A stretch of DNA of 64,000 bases from Octopus bimaculoides (GCF_001194135.2 NC_068982.1:179226050-179290049), one strand, 5' to 3'. Positions 39,195 through 54,068 are shown, numbered from the stretch's first letter. The notes: generated by a model from the sequence alone, not told the origin. Translations and numbers: made by a program.

Positions 39195-39490
39195 AGTGGA
39201 TAAGTGGGACAAGGGCGAGTGGAGAAATGAAGCACTTCATTGCAGTTATGTTGGTTGGTCACCGGTTGGATAAGTCAGACTATAATACGGGGGAAAATTG
39301 CAGTGTGGCACTGTGGGTAAGTAGGACAGTGACATGGTTGATAAGTGGAGGAATGGTCTGGTTGATGAGTGGTACAATGGCTAAATGGATAAGTGTAGAA
39401 GTGACCTAGTAGATAAAATGGGCAGTGGCCCAATGGATAAGTGGGAGCATGACTTGGTGGATAAGTGGACATTGGCCTTGTGAATAAGTG
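39195..39490. repeat. Diverged 24-bp-period repeat with GGATAAGTGG core
   Basis: Core variants at 39317, 39341, 39365, 39389, 39413, 39437 and 39461 (exact 24-bp spacing), then 39484; weaker units at 39200 and 39270. Confidence 0.9.
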
Positions 39491-41323
39491 AGTCAGATAT
39501 TTAGTGGTGTATGAACTAGTGTGGACATGAGAGAATGGTCTTATAATCCCATGGAATTATGAAGTACAGTGTTGTAGTACATAACTGTGATAGTGGTTTG
39601 GTAAGTGAGGCGATGGTTGAGGTGAAAATAAGATAGTGGTTTACTGGAATGGATTAATGCTACAACCTAATGGTAGTTACTCAGCCAGTGGCTTGGTGGT
39701 TTAGTGAGCTAGTAGCTTGGTAGATGAGGTCCTTTTTTCATATTTAGTTTAGATGAAATAGCTTCTAACAGCGATAGATGTACAAACAAACCAAAACGTC
39801 AAATAACAATAATTATTAAAATTTCTTTCATCTTTAAAATTGGTTAATGATCCGAAAAATCATAATTTAATTCATAGTTCTGAAATCCCATAAAGAGGGA
39901 ACAATGTAATTTTTTCTCAAATCGTTTCCTAATCTTTCGCCTATGCTATCTTTTATATTTTACGTTTCCTTCATATAGGCATAAAAGGATATATACCTCT
40001 TCGAAAATATTTCCGTTCATAAATATTTCTTTCCTTTTTGTATTTATGTTCGATTTCTGGTCATTAATGAAATTTTCAAAAGAAGCTATTTTATAAATGT
40101 AGTTGCCATTTATAAACTGGTTCTGGGAAGTATTCCTGGCAGAAAAAAAAACGTGAATGGCGGATTAACTAAGCTAGGAATCTAGGTCGTTATACTTATA
40201 CATAAAATACAGTCTGCTACTATATTTATTTGCCGTTCTGATGTGAGTTTGAATGAACTAATCAATGTCCCAGTTATTTAGTCACATTACTACTATCTGT
40301 TCTCTAATGTTGATAATAAATTTCATTCATATTCTTGTATAATAATGGAAGTAAAGTAGACGAGACAGTATTGAAAAGATTATACCTTGGCTAAGAATGC
40401 AACTAATATCTTCTGAATGATACAATATATTGGCATTTGGCTTCTGAATTGTTAATGAGCTTTTAATTAAAATCCTGATAACATGATAACAACAACGAAA
40501 TCACCGTTTGTAAAGAGAATGTGTATTATACACGAACCATTAGAGCTCTTTAATATTCGCATACATACCCATATGCTTAATCATAAGCATTCACTCACAG
40601 ACACATTCAGGTACAGACATTCACATTCATCCTCTTTTTCTTTTATTTTCGTCTTCCATATTTCTTCTCATCTCCTTTAACTGTCTGTCTCAAAGTTACA
40701 TATGCATAAAATATTTCATTAACAAATATCAGAGACTAAATTAGAAATGATACAAAGTGTATAAATTAATAATCCTGTATAGAAGAATCTATATCAAAAG
40801 GAATGCTAAGATCTTTACCACCTGATTGGTCTCACATTTATTGTATAAGATCATATATAATACTTAGCAACCAATGACAATCAATATTTACTAAGGCCAT
40901 AATCAAACTAATTAGTATGCTTATAATATTCAATCTTATGAGCGTCTTAACTTCTCTCTGTTCTCTCCGCTTGCAGACAGTGAAATAGCAATACATATTA
41001 AAATTTTATGTTATATGCCACTAAATAACTGCGAACTGGTGAAGCATTGCCCATCATCATTTTGTATTATGTTTGTTGCAATTCTGATTTTGCAATTCTG
41101 TTCAAATACAGAGTAAATTATTGAATTATTTCTGGGTATAGTAATTAGGAAACAGAATCTAATCAATACTTCTGTTTAGACAACAAAATTATTGGCATAC
41201 ATATGCGTGTGTGCGATGTGTGTATATGTGTGTGTATATGTAAATGCATATGTATGTATGTATATATATAAATTTAGAGGTAATACTTGACAATTGTAAG
41301 CACCTGTGTATTTCAGCTAGTGG

Positions 41324-41373
<50 letters not shown>

Positions 41374-41775
41374 TTATTTATAGTGGCCGCCTTCTCAAAG
41401 CTTTAGACTTTTAGGGAAAAAAATAATTCGATTTTAAATAAATTAATGTCTACAAAAATATATTAATAGAATTCTCAAAATTAAAGAAATTCTTGAACCA
41501 GGCAACTAGGCGAATTTTAAAAATATAAAAGGAAGCTTATATTAAAGTTATATAGGAAACTAAATTAGTACCTACATATGTATGTGTATGTATATGTGTG
41601 TACATATGCATGAATGTATGCATGTGTGTATGTATTTATTTGTATATCTAGCTATACTAGAGTAAGCACATAAATGTGAAACAAGGTGGCAAAACACAGT
41701 ACTCGAATTCTAGAGGTAGGGTTATTTGCTTTATTATTAAAGCTGCAGAGACATCGCAAAAATGTCACAAAAACA

Positions 41776-41815
41776 CCTGCTAGTCAGAGTTTCACGTTTC
41801 CGTTCATGGAGCAGG
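41776..41815 (-). ncRNA. Degenerate hammerhead-like motif (PLE-type), core broken
   Basis: Reverse complement CCUGC-UCCAUGA-ACG(GAAA)CGU-GAAA-CUCUGAC-UA-GCAGG: 5-bp stem I and GAAA-capped stem II are intact, but CUGAUGA has become UCCAUGA. Confidence 0.45.
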
Positions 41816-42315
41816 AGCAGTTGTGATCCAGAATGGAATAAGAATTGAGGTTGTACGTATAATTTATATTTTCATAATGACATTTTTCTGATCTTTTTGC
41901 AGCTTTAATAATTAAGCGTATGTGAGTGGACAGATGAAAGGAAGTGACACTCATCCTATTTAGCAGGAGTCACATATATTATTTAATAATGGTTAGACCC
42001 AACCCCATGCAACTTACAGTCTCGTAGGCTAGTAGAACGAACCTAACACGGCAGGCATAAGGAGATTGAGCAACAGGATATGAGACAAATTCAAGAGGGC
42101 TACAAGGAGTTAAGCCTCTATTGGCCAGCTCAGGTCACGGAGGTGTTGTTGGCCTGAAGACGAATTGCGTCAAGGTGCTGTTGTTTCTCACAGACGGTGC
42201 CCAACTGATCCTACTATACTGTGTAGTCGATAGATTCAAAAACAAACAATGCGCACGCACGAAATAAAAAATATAAAATGGCGACAGCTTACCCATCGCT
42301 CCCAGTATGTGTGTG

Positions 42316-42351
<36 letters not shown>

Positions 42352-42614
42352 TGTATATATGTATGCATATATATATATATGTATGTATGTATGCATGTAT
42401 GTATGTATGTGTGTATGTATGTATATACATATAAAAATACTTGAGCGTTATACTAGAATACGACATTTATTAATTTTACATGAAAAGGTTGAATAACTTC
42501 GAAATGTTCAGCTTACTAGACTTCATTCGACAGTCTGATAACGGCTAGTGCAATGGTACTTCGGAGTTACTGTCAACCCTCTTCTTCACGTGCATGTATG
42601 TGTGTTTGTGTGTG

Positions 42615-42645
<31 letters not shown>

Positions 42646-42646
42646 T

Positions 42647-42751
<105 letters not shown>

Positions 42752-44043
42752 TGAAGTAATAAAAGTCGTTTTGTGCTTGGTGAATCGATATATTAATAAT
42801 TTAACAGGAAAGTTAATGTACAGAATGTATAGACGTGAATATAAATCTTGACTAGTGAGCAGGCAGACTGTCAGACTGGGATAGATAGAAAAATAATTAT
42901 ATGGAGAGATAGATAGATTATCATTGATAGTAAATGTATATAAGCACTCTCTTCTCCTCTGAACTGTTAGTCTATACGCATATTGTTCACAGCGAAATGA
43001 TATGTTTCCTGAAAATTGCTGCTCTTCTCTCCATTGGTTTTTATATCATTGTGTATTCATAACAGCGGTCATTCACTTGTTTTCTTTTTACTCGCAAGAT
43101 TATTTCTCAACGGATTTATCGATTTGAAGATAAACAATCGAAATCTTTTGTATTCATATTGCCTCTAAAAGTTTCTTTCTATTTTTTATACTGTTTTATA
43201 GTATTTTTTATATAGGAAAAACGATGAAAGAATTCTGCAGATAATTCCTATACAGAAGGAAAAATTCTGACATAAACAATCTTCTAAAATAATCAACGGA
43301 ACAAAATTGGCCAAATTTCCGAGTTGCTCTTGATTTTGGATTTCGTTTTTTTTTTTTTACATATATATTTTTTTATCAATTATTTACTATTCTTTTGCTG
43401 ATATAGTTTCTACATTCATACATATCAACTCTTTTGCAATTATGTGTACATTTCAAATACTTCTTTAAAAACATATATTCGATAATACAGTTCTCAACCA
43501 CTGTCGTATCATAGTTTGGAAAGAAATCGTTACTCTTGTTGGAGATTATCATTGAAATTAGAGAAGATTGGTATTGGTATCAAAAACAAGAGTTTATTCA
43601 CTAAAATAATAAACAGGAAGCTAGTGTGCCGTGTCAAGTTTAGAAAAGAACAATGAAAGTTTCGATAAGAAATAACCACTAAAGAAACATAACATGGTTT
43701 CATCGATATTTTGCGTACACACATTTAAATGCATTTCATTCAAATGACTCTCAGTTCTAATCATCCAAACATCTGTTAATCAGGTGGCATCTGCTTCATA
43801 TGTTGTTTTTATTTACAGTATTTCTCATTTAGGAATATTTCTCCCCACTCTATCTTTCTCTTTCTCTCTCTCTCGTGATATCTTTAGTTTTCTTTTTGCA
43901 GGCGTACATTTTGAAGATTTCATTACATACAATCGCCGTATAACGACACTTACAATTTAATAGTACAACATACTCAGTACACATTTTCACTACAAATTCA
44001 TCACAAAACACTATATAACACAACGCTAGACATACACACGTAC

Positions 44044-44081
<38 letters not shown>

Positions 44082-44699
44082 ACACACACACACACACACA
44101 CATACATNNNNNNNNNNNNNNNNNNNNNNNNNNNNNNNNNNNNNNNNNNNNNNNNNNNNNNNNNNNNNNNNNNNNNNNNNNNNNNNNNNNNNNNNNNNNN
44201 NNNNNTATATATATATATATATATATATGTCAATTCGTTGTGCAAGATTCTTGGTGTGAAATCGTGTATTGAAACAGATATTGTTGTATTTCGAGATGGT
44301 AATTTTTTTTCTTTTTTTCTAATAGTCCGTGTGTTTATTTGTCAAAACAGAAGACAAATGACCATCCAGAAATACAACAATATATATTTACATATCTATA
44401 GCACACATATTATAAAGCTGGGCCTGTTATGTATGGCGGCAATGTTAGCCCTCAATTCTACATCCTAGTGTAGTAAGCAGTGTCACAACCATCTGCTATA
44501 CATTGGGCGACTTTAACATTTACGAAATATTAAAATCTGGAACCGAGGAGGTACATAGAAAATACAGTTAAATCTACAGTGTTCGAGGTAAATTTGGCGG
44601 TTTGCAGTATAGGAAACGAAAACACAATATCCCATCCAAAAATGAAAATACTTTAAAAAATGTAAACTATCAAGTAGGCTACAGCTTGGAGATAATAGG

Positions 44700-45130
44700 T
44701 TATTCAATGTAGCCACCCTCATCTTTTGCTAAGTCCTCAAGATGGCTCCAGAAGCTGGAGCTTGCGTTCTTCACTATGTCCCTGGCAAGATCTTCGAACT
44801 CCTCCTTAATCTTGACCACCAGCCAAGACTTAGTTTGCAAGCAGAGTGGTTGGTGTCATTTTCAACCGTGCCTCACACATCCACGCAAAGTAATCCATGA
44901 GATTACAATCAGGGGAACTATGAAGCCAGAAATTTGTGCTGGCGAAGTCGTAGAAATGCTCTGATAACCGCGTTTGACTCTTTCCAGGGTATGGCATGGA
45001 ACCGAATCCTTCTGCCACACATAGAGCCTTCCAGCAGCGACCCTCACCAGTCACAGTCTCTCGAGCAGCTTCACATAGTCACTTGATTTGAGCCAAAGAC
45101 CCAGTGCAATTATGTGGGGATGAATCTCGG
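44700..45130 (-). mobile_element. maT/DD37D-like Tc1/mariner transposase C-terminal fossil
   Basis: AAGRLYVWQKDSVPCH, LSEHFYDFASTNFWLHSSPDCNLMDY, C-terminus IVKNASSSFWSHLEDLAKDEGGYIE*. Confidence 0.88.
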
Positions 45131-46300
45131 CGTGCGAGGGCAGTCAGAATTCCTGCAGTATCCCCTTTTGCTGATCTCGGTTTTATGGTTTCTGTTTCAG
45201 TTGTCCATGTCACGCCTTTACATTGTTTACAGAGCATTAATCAGCAGTCATGAAATTGGCAAGTGGATACCCGGGGGGAACTATCATGATACAGGTTACT
45301 CTTTTCCAATATAGAGATGGCTTCCGATTCTCCGTGCCAGATAACGTTTCTCAACTACGCTCTCTGACACCGTTCACTTTTAACCAATGCATCAAACTGT
45401 TCCTGAACAAATGCGTTATAACAATCGTGAAGTTTATCCGGAATATTCTTTAACTGTTAAAATAGCTGAAAAAAAGAGTGGGGATGAAGCAGAGAATATA
45501 ACAACCGTTATAATGCTGAGGAATCTCGAATAATTTTCAAGGCAGTGCTTCACCATGGCTGCAGTAAAATGACTGAAACAAGTAAAAGAATAAAACAATA
45601 ATAACAATTCAGAGAAACGTAAATTTTAGTTGAAAGAAAACCTATTGTGTCAGAGAGGAAACGTAAAAATAAAAGACAGTTTACAAGTTTTATGTGAATT
45701 AAATATATGAGAGGAAAACCTTTAAGGGAAGATGTAAAACGGATTATTTTTTGTCGGCATAAGCGTTTATGTATGTATTAAGAAGATAGAAATTCATGAT
45801 AATAGTGCTTCTGATTACCAACGTCGAAGGGCAGTAATTGTTATATAAATACTAGAAGACATTAGAAGTTGAGGTTTTCTAGAAAAGAAGTCTGAAAGGA
45901 CAAATAAAAAGATTAATAAAATTGAAAGATTTTTCAAAAGGGAAAACATCAAACTTTTCTACATAGAAAAAGTTTAACAAGTCTCAAGATCACAAATTGG
46001 AAAGGAATGAACAATGATAGATNNNNNNNNNNNNNNNNNNNNNNNNNNNNNNNNNNNNNNNNNNNNNNNNNNNNNNNNNNNNNNNNNNNNNNNNNNNNNN
46101 NNNNNNNNNNNNNNNNNNNNNNNNNNNNNNNNNNNNNNNNNNNNNNNNNNNNNNNNNNNNNNNNNNNNNNNNNNNNNNNNNNNNNNNNNNNNNNNNNNNN
46201 NNNNNNNNNNNNNNNNNNNNNNNNNNNNNNNNNNNNNNNNNNNNNNNNNNNNNNNNNNNNNNNNNNNNNNNNNNNNNNNNNNNNNNNNNNNNNNNNNNNN

Positions 46301-46339
<39 letters not shown>

Positions 46340-48384
46340 CTGGATTTAAGCCTGAGGAACAGTAGTAGTATCGAACAAAAGTAGAAGAGGGAAGTTTTGG
46401 GTTTGCATAGGTGTATTGTATACCTGGCTAGTGTAAAAGCGTTTTAAAGATTCTGTAGCAGTAAAAGACAGAAATGACACAGCGATATATTGCGAAGGTT
46501 GTTTTCAGTAAAGGACATCCAGTGAGTAGGATAGACTTGAGATGTCTGGGATGTGTATGAATGGCTACAATATGTTAAATATTTCTTCGAGTGAAAGACA
46601 GTGTCTCTTAGAGCTGAGTATTTTGGTCTGAACGCAAATATTTTCTTAAAGCCGATATGGAAATAGAGAAGTGTGAGAAATCTCAGATGCACCAGATGTA
46701 AAGGAATATTTGTCTGAGAGAACCTCAACATTAAGGTAAGTCTCTATGGAAGAAATAAGAGTTGGCTGGTGTCTTCATTGCATTATGGAAGAGAATAGAG
46801 TGGTTGGGATAGAATCTTTAGTGTGTTCATAGATAGAAGATAGTTAACTTTAAGGAAATGGAAGATGGAAAAAAAAAACCGTTTAGTGAGAACAGTAGCT
46901 GTATACCACCTGTCACTATCTTTGCTTTAGAGTAGCCTAAGAAATATGACAAGAACTGGTTTCTGAAGTCAATAGAGACGTAAATGTGTGGAGGAGGTGG
47001 TGACCAAAAACATTATTATAAATATATCATAAAATGAAAAACACATTTCTGACCAATTTAACCAAGGTTATCTAGTTATCCTGTGACAAACGTCTTTGAT
47101 CAAAGTCTTTTGCAATTTTCTGGAGATCAATGGATGTAATCAGTTTCCTTAGGTTATTCTGATTGGCGTAGGACACTGGCAAGTGATATACGTACTGATT
47201 TGAAATTTGTATAGCCATATGCTACTCGTAATGCATACGAACATTCAAATAACACATGTGCAAATGCCACGACGTATGCGACAACGGTGATAGGCATTTC
47301 TTTTTAGGTAGGATGAATTGTATAAGAACATTATCAACAACATTCTGAATAAGAACCTTTTATCTTCAAGATTACCAAATTTACAAGACCGTCAAATTTG
47401 TTGTATGTTAAATTTGCAAAGTCCAGAAATCAAGAAATATATTTGATTGAAATATTACACAGAGGAAAGCTTAATATGATTACATATTGCTGAATTATTT
47501 AAACGTAATATTAAAGCTTCGGAAGAATATGAACTGCAGTGTTCGTATACTATTTCACAATTTTTCCCCAAGTGGCTTCTTTCATATGAATGAAATAAGT
47601 GTTGTTGGTGGTAATGTTGTCCGTAATGCATTTGTGGCACTTGTTTTGAATGATATGAAGTGAAAAGGTCTAAAGACCACACGAAACTATCTTCATTTAT
47701 ATAATATTTTCAATGGAAGGAAAATTGATATTCAGTTAGTGAACATATGATCTTGAAGGTGACATAGGTTTTGAAATGAAAAATAGATTAATATTGTGAG
47801 AAGGAAGTTACAATTATCTGGTTTAAATGAGAAAGAGAATGAAGAATAGTGCTTCTTGGTTGGTAAGTTTGACTATAAGCTTCTGACACAGTCGTGGCTT
47901 TGTAATTATCCACACGAAACATCTAGATCTACGATAGTGTATAATACAAACGAGAGGTGAATTAGCAGAGAACTGGTTCTGCAACTTGGTTTACATTGTG
48001 ACATGGAGCTACTCTAGTTCACTTACATCTACAACTCTTGTCAGAAATATTATTTCTCTTCTGTAAATCTAAGGTTTTAATCCTACTGCACGAATCAATA
48101 AATAGAAACTACTGAGGTATGATAGCAATATTTCACTTTAAAAAATAACGATGACACATCTGTAAAATGATCGATGAAATATTGCCTGCAGTTGATTAAT
48201 TTCCTAAATGATTCTAATGTTCTGGAACAAAGCCTCAGTTTATAACAAGTAATGGTTGTCTAATTTAGTTGCTTTCATAAAGGCATTAACAAACATTACT
48301 TCAATGTGTATGTGTATCTTTTTTGTGTTTGTATGTGCATATAATTACACTACACGCACTTATTATTATATATGTGTAGATGTT

Positions 48385-48443
<59 letters not shown>

Positions 48444-48675
48444 ATATATATGATATAGTTATATATATAATATAAATTTATATAATATATATATATTTAC
48501 ATATATATTATATATAATAATTATGTATTAAATATAATATTTATATATACATATATATACATATATATGACATAAAAATGTATATCATGAATAAATGATT
48601 ATATTCAATATATATCTAAGTATTTATATACGAATGTATATATATGAATAGATTTACACATAAATATATGTATGC

Positions 48676-48734
<59 letters not shown>

Positions 48735-49397
48735 GAATGAACAAGCGCACACACATACACACACACGCACTCACATACATACACACATATACGTGCATAT
48801 GCGTATGTTATTTTATATGCTTTAGTATATATATAATGATAGGGAAATATTGCTTTCAAGTTATATGATCAATAAAGAATATTGTCTATGCCTTATCGAA
48901 AGAATCTAATTGATAATTCAGAGACGTCGTTTCTTTCATCTTTATAGAACTCTTTAACTGTATATTGCAATATCGATCGTGATGGGTAATGACAGGATGA
49001 CGTCACACAAAGAAGTACATGCAGAATCACTCTTGAACAGTTCCCTTCGGGAAATGTTCATGTATAAGATGTATACATAAATTGCTTATACAATCTATAT
49101 GACAGATTCAGGTTTAAGTACTGCATCTATGTATAAGGACAAATTAATATTTTCCAAAAAATGTCTTGATGAAAACGAGTTTAGAGAATGTTAACCTCTG
49201 ATGTTTCCATTCGTGGTATAACTTTATTAATAGTACACATTACCTTGAAGAAAAAAGGGAAATATATGTTATTCTTCTGTTAAAACGAGTTTCGTTTTAC
49301 ACCTTCTACGACATATTTGCACCTTGATGATTTCATATAAATGCATACGTCGTCGAAGTTAGAATTGTTAATTAGATTTGCCAACTAGGTATGCATA

Positions 49398-50455
49398 CAG
49401 GGTCTTGTAGATAAATTGAGACCAATTTTAAGCAGTTGACTTAGTGGGCTTAACATTTCATTCTTTTACAAAACCTCGCTTGATTGAGAATCTAATTGTC
49501 CTATTTATTTTCAGTTAAATAGCGAACTGATTCGATAACAGAAAGTCATGAAACAACAGAATCGTCTGGCATTGTTGTTTTGGCGCGCGCTGGGCACACT
49601 GCCAATAAAATTGTTAAGTTGATGAACCTTCCAAAAGTAACGATGTATCGTGTGTATAAATAATTTAAAGAAGAGGGCAAGATTGATAGAAAAGAACACA
49701 ACACGAAGTGATTCTAAGCGGAATCCAAAGTTTCTTGCTGGCCTGAAACGCTCGATTGAAGCCAACCCATCCACATTCATGACAACTCTTGCAAAGAAAT
49801 GCAATGTGTCCCTTTCTACGGTATCCAGAACTGTGAACAGGAACCTTGGCATGACTAGCTATGTTCGACGACACCGTCACCGCCTAACAGTCAAAGCCAA
49901 ATGCAATGTGAGCAAAGAGATACCCAAAGCTTCTCTCATTCACCAAGTATCAAGGAACAGGAAAAATTACGTGTTTGTGGACGCTGAGATGAATCGCAAA
50001 AATTCTCTGTGATTGCATACAACCCTTATGACGTCCCCCACTGTGTTTGAGACTAAGATTCCTGCCTCTGTGATGGTATCTGGAGTCGTGGTGAGTGATG
50101 CAAGGGCTATGGATCCACACTTCACTGAGTCTGGCTTGCAGATCGGCACAAAGGAGTATCTGGACATCCTGAAGCACGTTGTTACCTTGGATGGAACAGA
50201 AGTTTGGGCTTGACAATGTGGTGTTTATCCAGGATTCTGCACCATGCAATAGGTCAAGATACCATTTTTGTGATGGTCAAAATCTGGCCCAGTAATATCC
50301 CAGATCTCAACCTTCTCGATTACGTTTTATGAGGCGTATTTCAAGCAAGGACCACATTCGAGTGTCAACATTTTGAAGACCTGCATTGTGTGTGCGACGC
50401 GCAAAATCAAAAAGGCGGAGGTTGTCGCAGCTGCAAAACATTTCCGTAATCGTGC
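49398..50455 (+). mobile_element. maT/DD37D-like Tc1/mariner element, internally deleted
   Basis: TA+cagggt TIR-like start; LARAGHTANKIVKLMNLPKVTMYRV, IEANPSTFMTTLAKKCNVSLSTVSRTV, TKIPASVMVSGVV, VFIQDSAPC, WPSNIPDLNLLDY. Confidence 0.92.
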
Positions 50456-52418
50456 GTCTGATTGGCAGTTAGTTGATGACTGCTGGAGAAACTTGCTTAT
50501 GGAGGAAATTGCAGAGGTTAACAGATCTAGAGAGTAAAGATAAGGAAACTAGGAAACGTAGGATGTAGGAGGGGGCGCTGAGACTTGTAGTAAATAAAGG
50601 AGAAGATAGCAGTACGTCAGTGGTATTTCCCTAGAGGTATCATACAACTAACTTGCTATGAGAGCAGAGGCGGCAGTAGCCGTGTAAAGAAGTCAATTTG
50701 GGAGAGTAACTGAAAAGTACTGGTGAGTGGCTTACTGCCAATCAGTCACGTAACTTTCTTTTGCATTGATTCTGTAACAGTGATTCAGACCAATGCATCA
50801 GAGATTTATTTATTCGTGAGTCTCACTTTATATTTGTAGAGAATCGGCAACAGTTAAGAACCGAAGTATTTTCTGATATTGAAGAGTAGAGTTTGTCTAT
50901 GAAATTCAGTTTTAGCTCTTGCATGCGTGACTTCGTAGAGAAAATATTATAAGCGCTGTCATCGGTTAATTAATAGTTCAGAAATTAAGAGAATAACTTC
51001 TACAAACAAGGTTTAGAATTGAAATATTCTAAAATGTTTTGTAACTTATATTAGGTCATGATGTTCTTCTCACTTGGTGTAACTAGAATTTGCAGGGAAA
51101 TATATACATTATTCTGCTAGTTAAGAAATAATTGCTATGTTGAGGGCAACTCTTATAATAGTGAGAAAGATAATATTGGAAGTGGCAGTATTACGGTTAT
51201 AGTGTTTGTGGTCGAGTCCATATTAGTGGATGTAATGTGTTTAGTTAGCACGGTAAAAGGGATAGATGATTATATAGATGTCTTAACTAATGAAAATACT
51301 TTCTTAACATTTCTTTGTTCACGTAGTTTGGCAAACCATTCTATCTCAACAACATTAAACCAACAAAGAATTCTCTTGATATTTACGTGAAAATTTCTTC
51401 TTACCTCAAGCTAGAACAGCTGTGAAACAAGTCTTCAGAAATGACTTCTGATGATAACAATTATATTTCAAAGATCAGCTACACAAGGGGAAATATATTT
51501 ATATGCTTCTCCCGTTAGCTACAATCGATTATATTTTCAAAAGTCTTTTCTAAACCTCATAGAGAACCAATATCAATCTACTGAAACATTTGGGAACTCT
51601 ATCTAGTTACCATTTAGCTAGCATTGGATCTTATTCAAAATACGTCACGAAATTGGGAAAGCAATTGTTTAGCAGTAATTTCTAATGCATTTCAAATTAA
51701 AGCCAAAATAGATAAAACCCTAACAAAATTGTACTCTATGACCACAGTTTTATTGCATAAATATTTAGTTTGAACCTGATGGAATCGGTTAAAATAGACT
51801 ACTAACAGATAAGATGTTTTGAATTACATATGTAAAGCAATTAGAAGCAGAATTTAAAAATTGGTTTCAACACATTATCTGGAATTCTTTGCAATTATAT
51901 GAATTATAAATCCAATGGAGCCTCTAAGTGGTTATCCAATCTATCAGGTATAACAACAAACTTTTCCTCAACTCACAACATTTTTTCAAAAGAAAGGGCA
52001 CTTTCAATAAAATAGTTTTAGATACACAAAACGCCAGGATGGTTAAAGCTAATAAAGTCTTTATGAAAAGTCTCCCAGATCAATGCTGACCTGACTCTGA
52101 ACACCATACGCAACAAACAAAAAGCTATGGTAGGAGCAATCACCATGAGATAAGAAAAGTGACATATTTTTCAGTAGTGAAAAAAAAGTGGGTAATACGT
52201 CAGAACTTTTACAGCATGATTTTGAATTTAAATCATATTAGAATCTATTTTGCCATTGTTCCTCTTTTCACGGCTACTCAATTAAGTATCAATAAAATAT
52301 TAATGTTGCTTTAATCTATAATATTTTCTCACCTTTCTTACTCGAATACAAAGTATAAATAATTATAGGATGGAATATATTTGGAAAGGTTTCTTATTCT
52401 TACATGCCTCTTTTAAAG

Positions 52419-52463
<45 letters not shown>

Positions 52464-53212
52464 ATATACGCAAGGCAAATAATTATATTTGTGCCCCTAT
52501 TAACACACAAAGCTGACAAATGTACAAGAAATTAAATTCAAGAACTGCTAATTCGTTTTTTAAACTAATTTTTAAAAATTAGTCGGCAAGGTAAAAGTGG
52601 AAGACACATCTAAAGAGTTTGAGTTCATTAAGTGCACAAAACCAAAATAATTTGTTAATTTAGTCCCATTAACAAGAACGGGAATCGAAACTAAATTAAA
52701 TGTTTTCTAAGATATAGATCAAACTTCAAACGGAAATAAAACTCATCAACTTAGTTTCTCTGAAACAAGCGTCGGGAAAGTAAAATCATTCACTTTCGAT
52801 CTAGCACCTTATTCAATATCTATCTCTCTTTTTGACTATCGCTTTACCACTCTGTCTATCTATCTGTTTATATAACTCTCTTCACTTCCATGATACTGTA
52901 CATGAAAGGCAGACGGAGAGAGTGAGAGAGAGATTGCAGATGAAAAATGAGAGAGAAAAGGTGGGGGAATGAACATACAATATTATTCTGTTTGGTGAAA
53001 CGTTTGTTTGCACACACGCAATTACACACAGAAATATACACCAATATACATAACATTCAATAAATGTTACTGTGCTAAGTTTCCGTATATTCCTAAACGT
53101 TGTGACTCCAAAACAGTACTATTCTAAAATTCTAAAAACTAAACAGTTCTAGAGCCACTGCTGGTCTACATCATCGAATATCAGTTCCACATAATTCCAT
53201 AAAAGGAATTAC

Positions 53213-53259
53213 CTGTATCGTAAAAGACGAATAACGGTGTTAGAGATGACGGTAGAAAG
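53213..53259 (-). CDS. Candidate 47-nt exon (LSTVISNTVIRLLRY in phase 0)
   Basis: Acceptor ttcattttcttttcttgctgcag and donor gtaatt on the minus strand; short, so could be chance. Confidence 0.3.
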
Positions 53260-53342
53260 CTGCAGCAAGAAAAGAAAATGAACGAGGCGGAAAAAAAGAG
53301 TGAATGAGTCAAAGAGATTTTGAATATACGAAATCGTTTATG

Positions 53343-53386
<44 letters not shown>

Positions 53387-53481
53387 NNNNNNNNNNNNNN
53401 NNNNNNNNNNNNNNNNNNNNNNNNNNNNNNNNNNNNNNNNNNNNNNNNNNNNNNNNNNNNNNNNNNNNNNNNNNNNNNNNN

Positions 53482-53516
<35 letters not shown>

Positions 53517-53779
53517 TTCAACACAATATGACATAATGCATGCTTAAATGAAAATATGTATCCTCGGTCGGTTGCGATGGTGAGTATTCCAGTTGCTTGA
53601 ATTACATATGCGTTGTGTAGTTGTGCAAATGGTTGAGGATTCCACAAACATTTCTACATTCAAAGCAATTATTAGATGCATTGATTGTGTCTCTATGGAT
53701 GAAGCATTATTTCAAAGTGTTTAAAACCAGCATTTGACCATAGCCAGTTCAAAAACTCAATACGGGATCACCAACAATT

Positions 53780-54068
53780 GACCCAACTGCTGCTGTTACT
53801 CGTACTACCGTCACCACCACCATCACCACTACCAATAATATTACTACTGTTATCACTAGTTACTCCTGCTGTTCCTCATTCCCTCCCCTCCTCCTCTCCT
53901 TCTTCTTCTTCTTCTTCTTCTTCTTCTCCTTCTTCTTCTTTTTTCCCTCCCCCCTCCTCCTCCTCCTCCTACTAGTACAAATAATAATAATAATAACAAC
54001 AACAACAACAATAATAATAGTAGTAGTAGTAGTAGTAGTAGTAGCAGCAGCAGTAGTAGTAGTAGTAG
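53780..54068. repeat. Compound low-complexity trinucleotide region (CAC/CTT/CCT/TAA/CAA/TAG/CAG)
   Basis: Direct inspection. Confidence 0.95.

Noticed and set aside
39195-39490. Short repeat-spacer (CRISPR-like) reading of the GGATAAGTGG cores
   Set aside because: The inter-core segments are homologous to each other, so this is a diverged tandem repeat, not unique spacers.
42255-42305. TIR-like end (acagcttacccatcgctcccag|ta)
   Set aside because: No partner inverted repeat or transposase remnant found nearby.
48380-48620. Long AT-rich quasi-palindrome
   Set aside because: Explained by degenerate (TA)n, which is self-complementary by composition.
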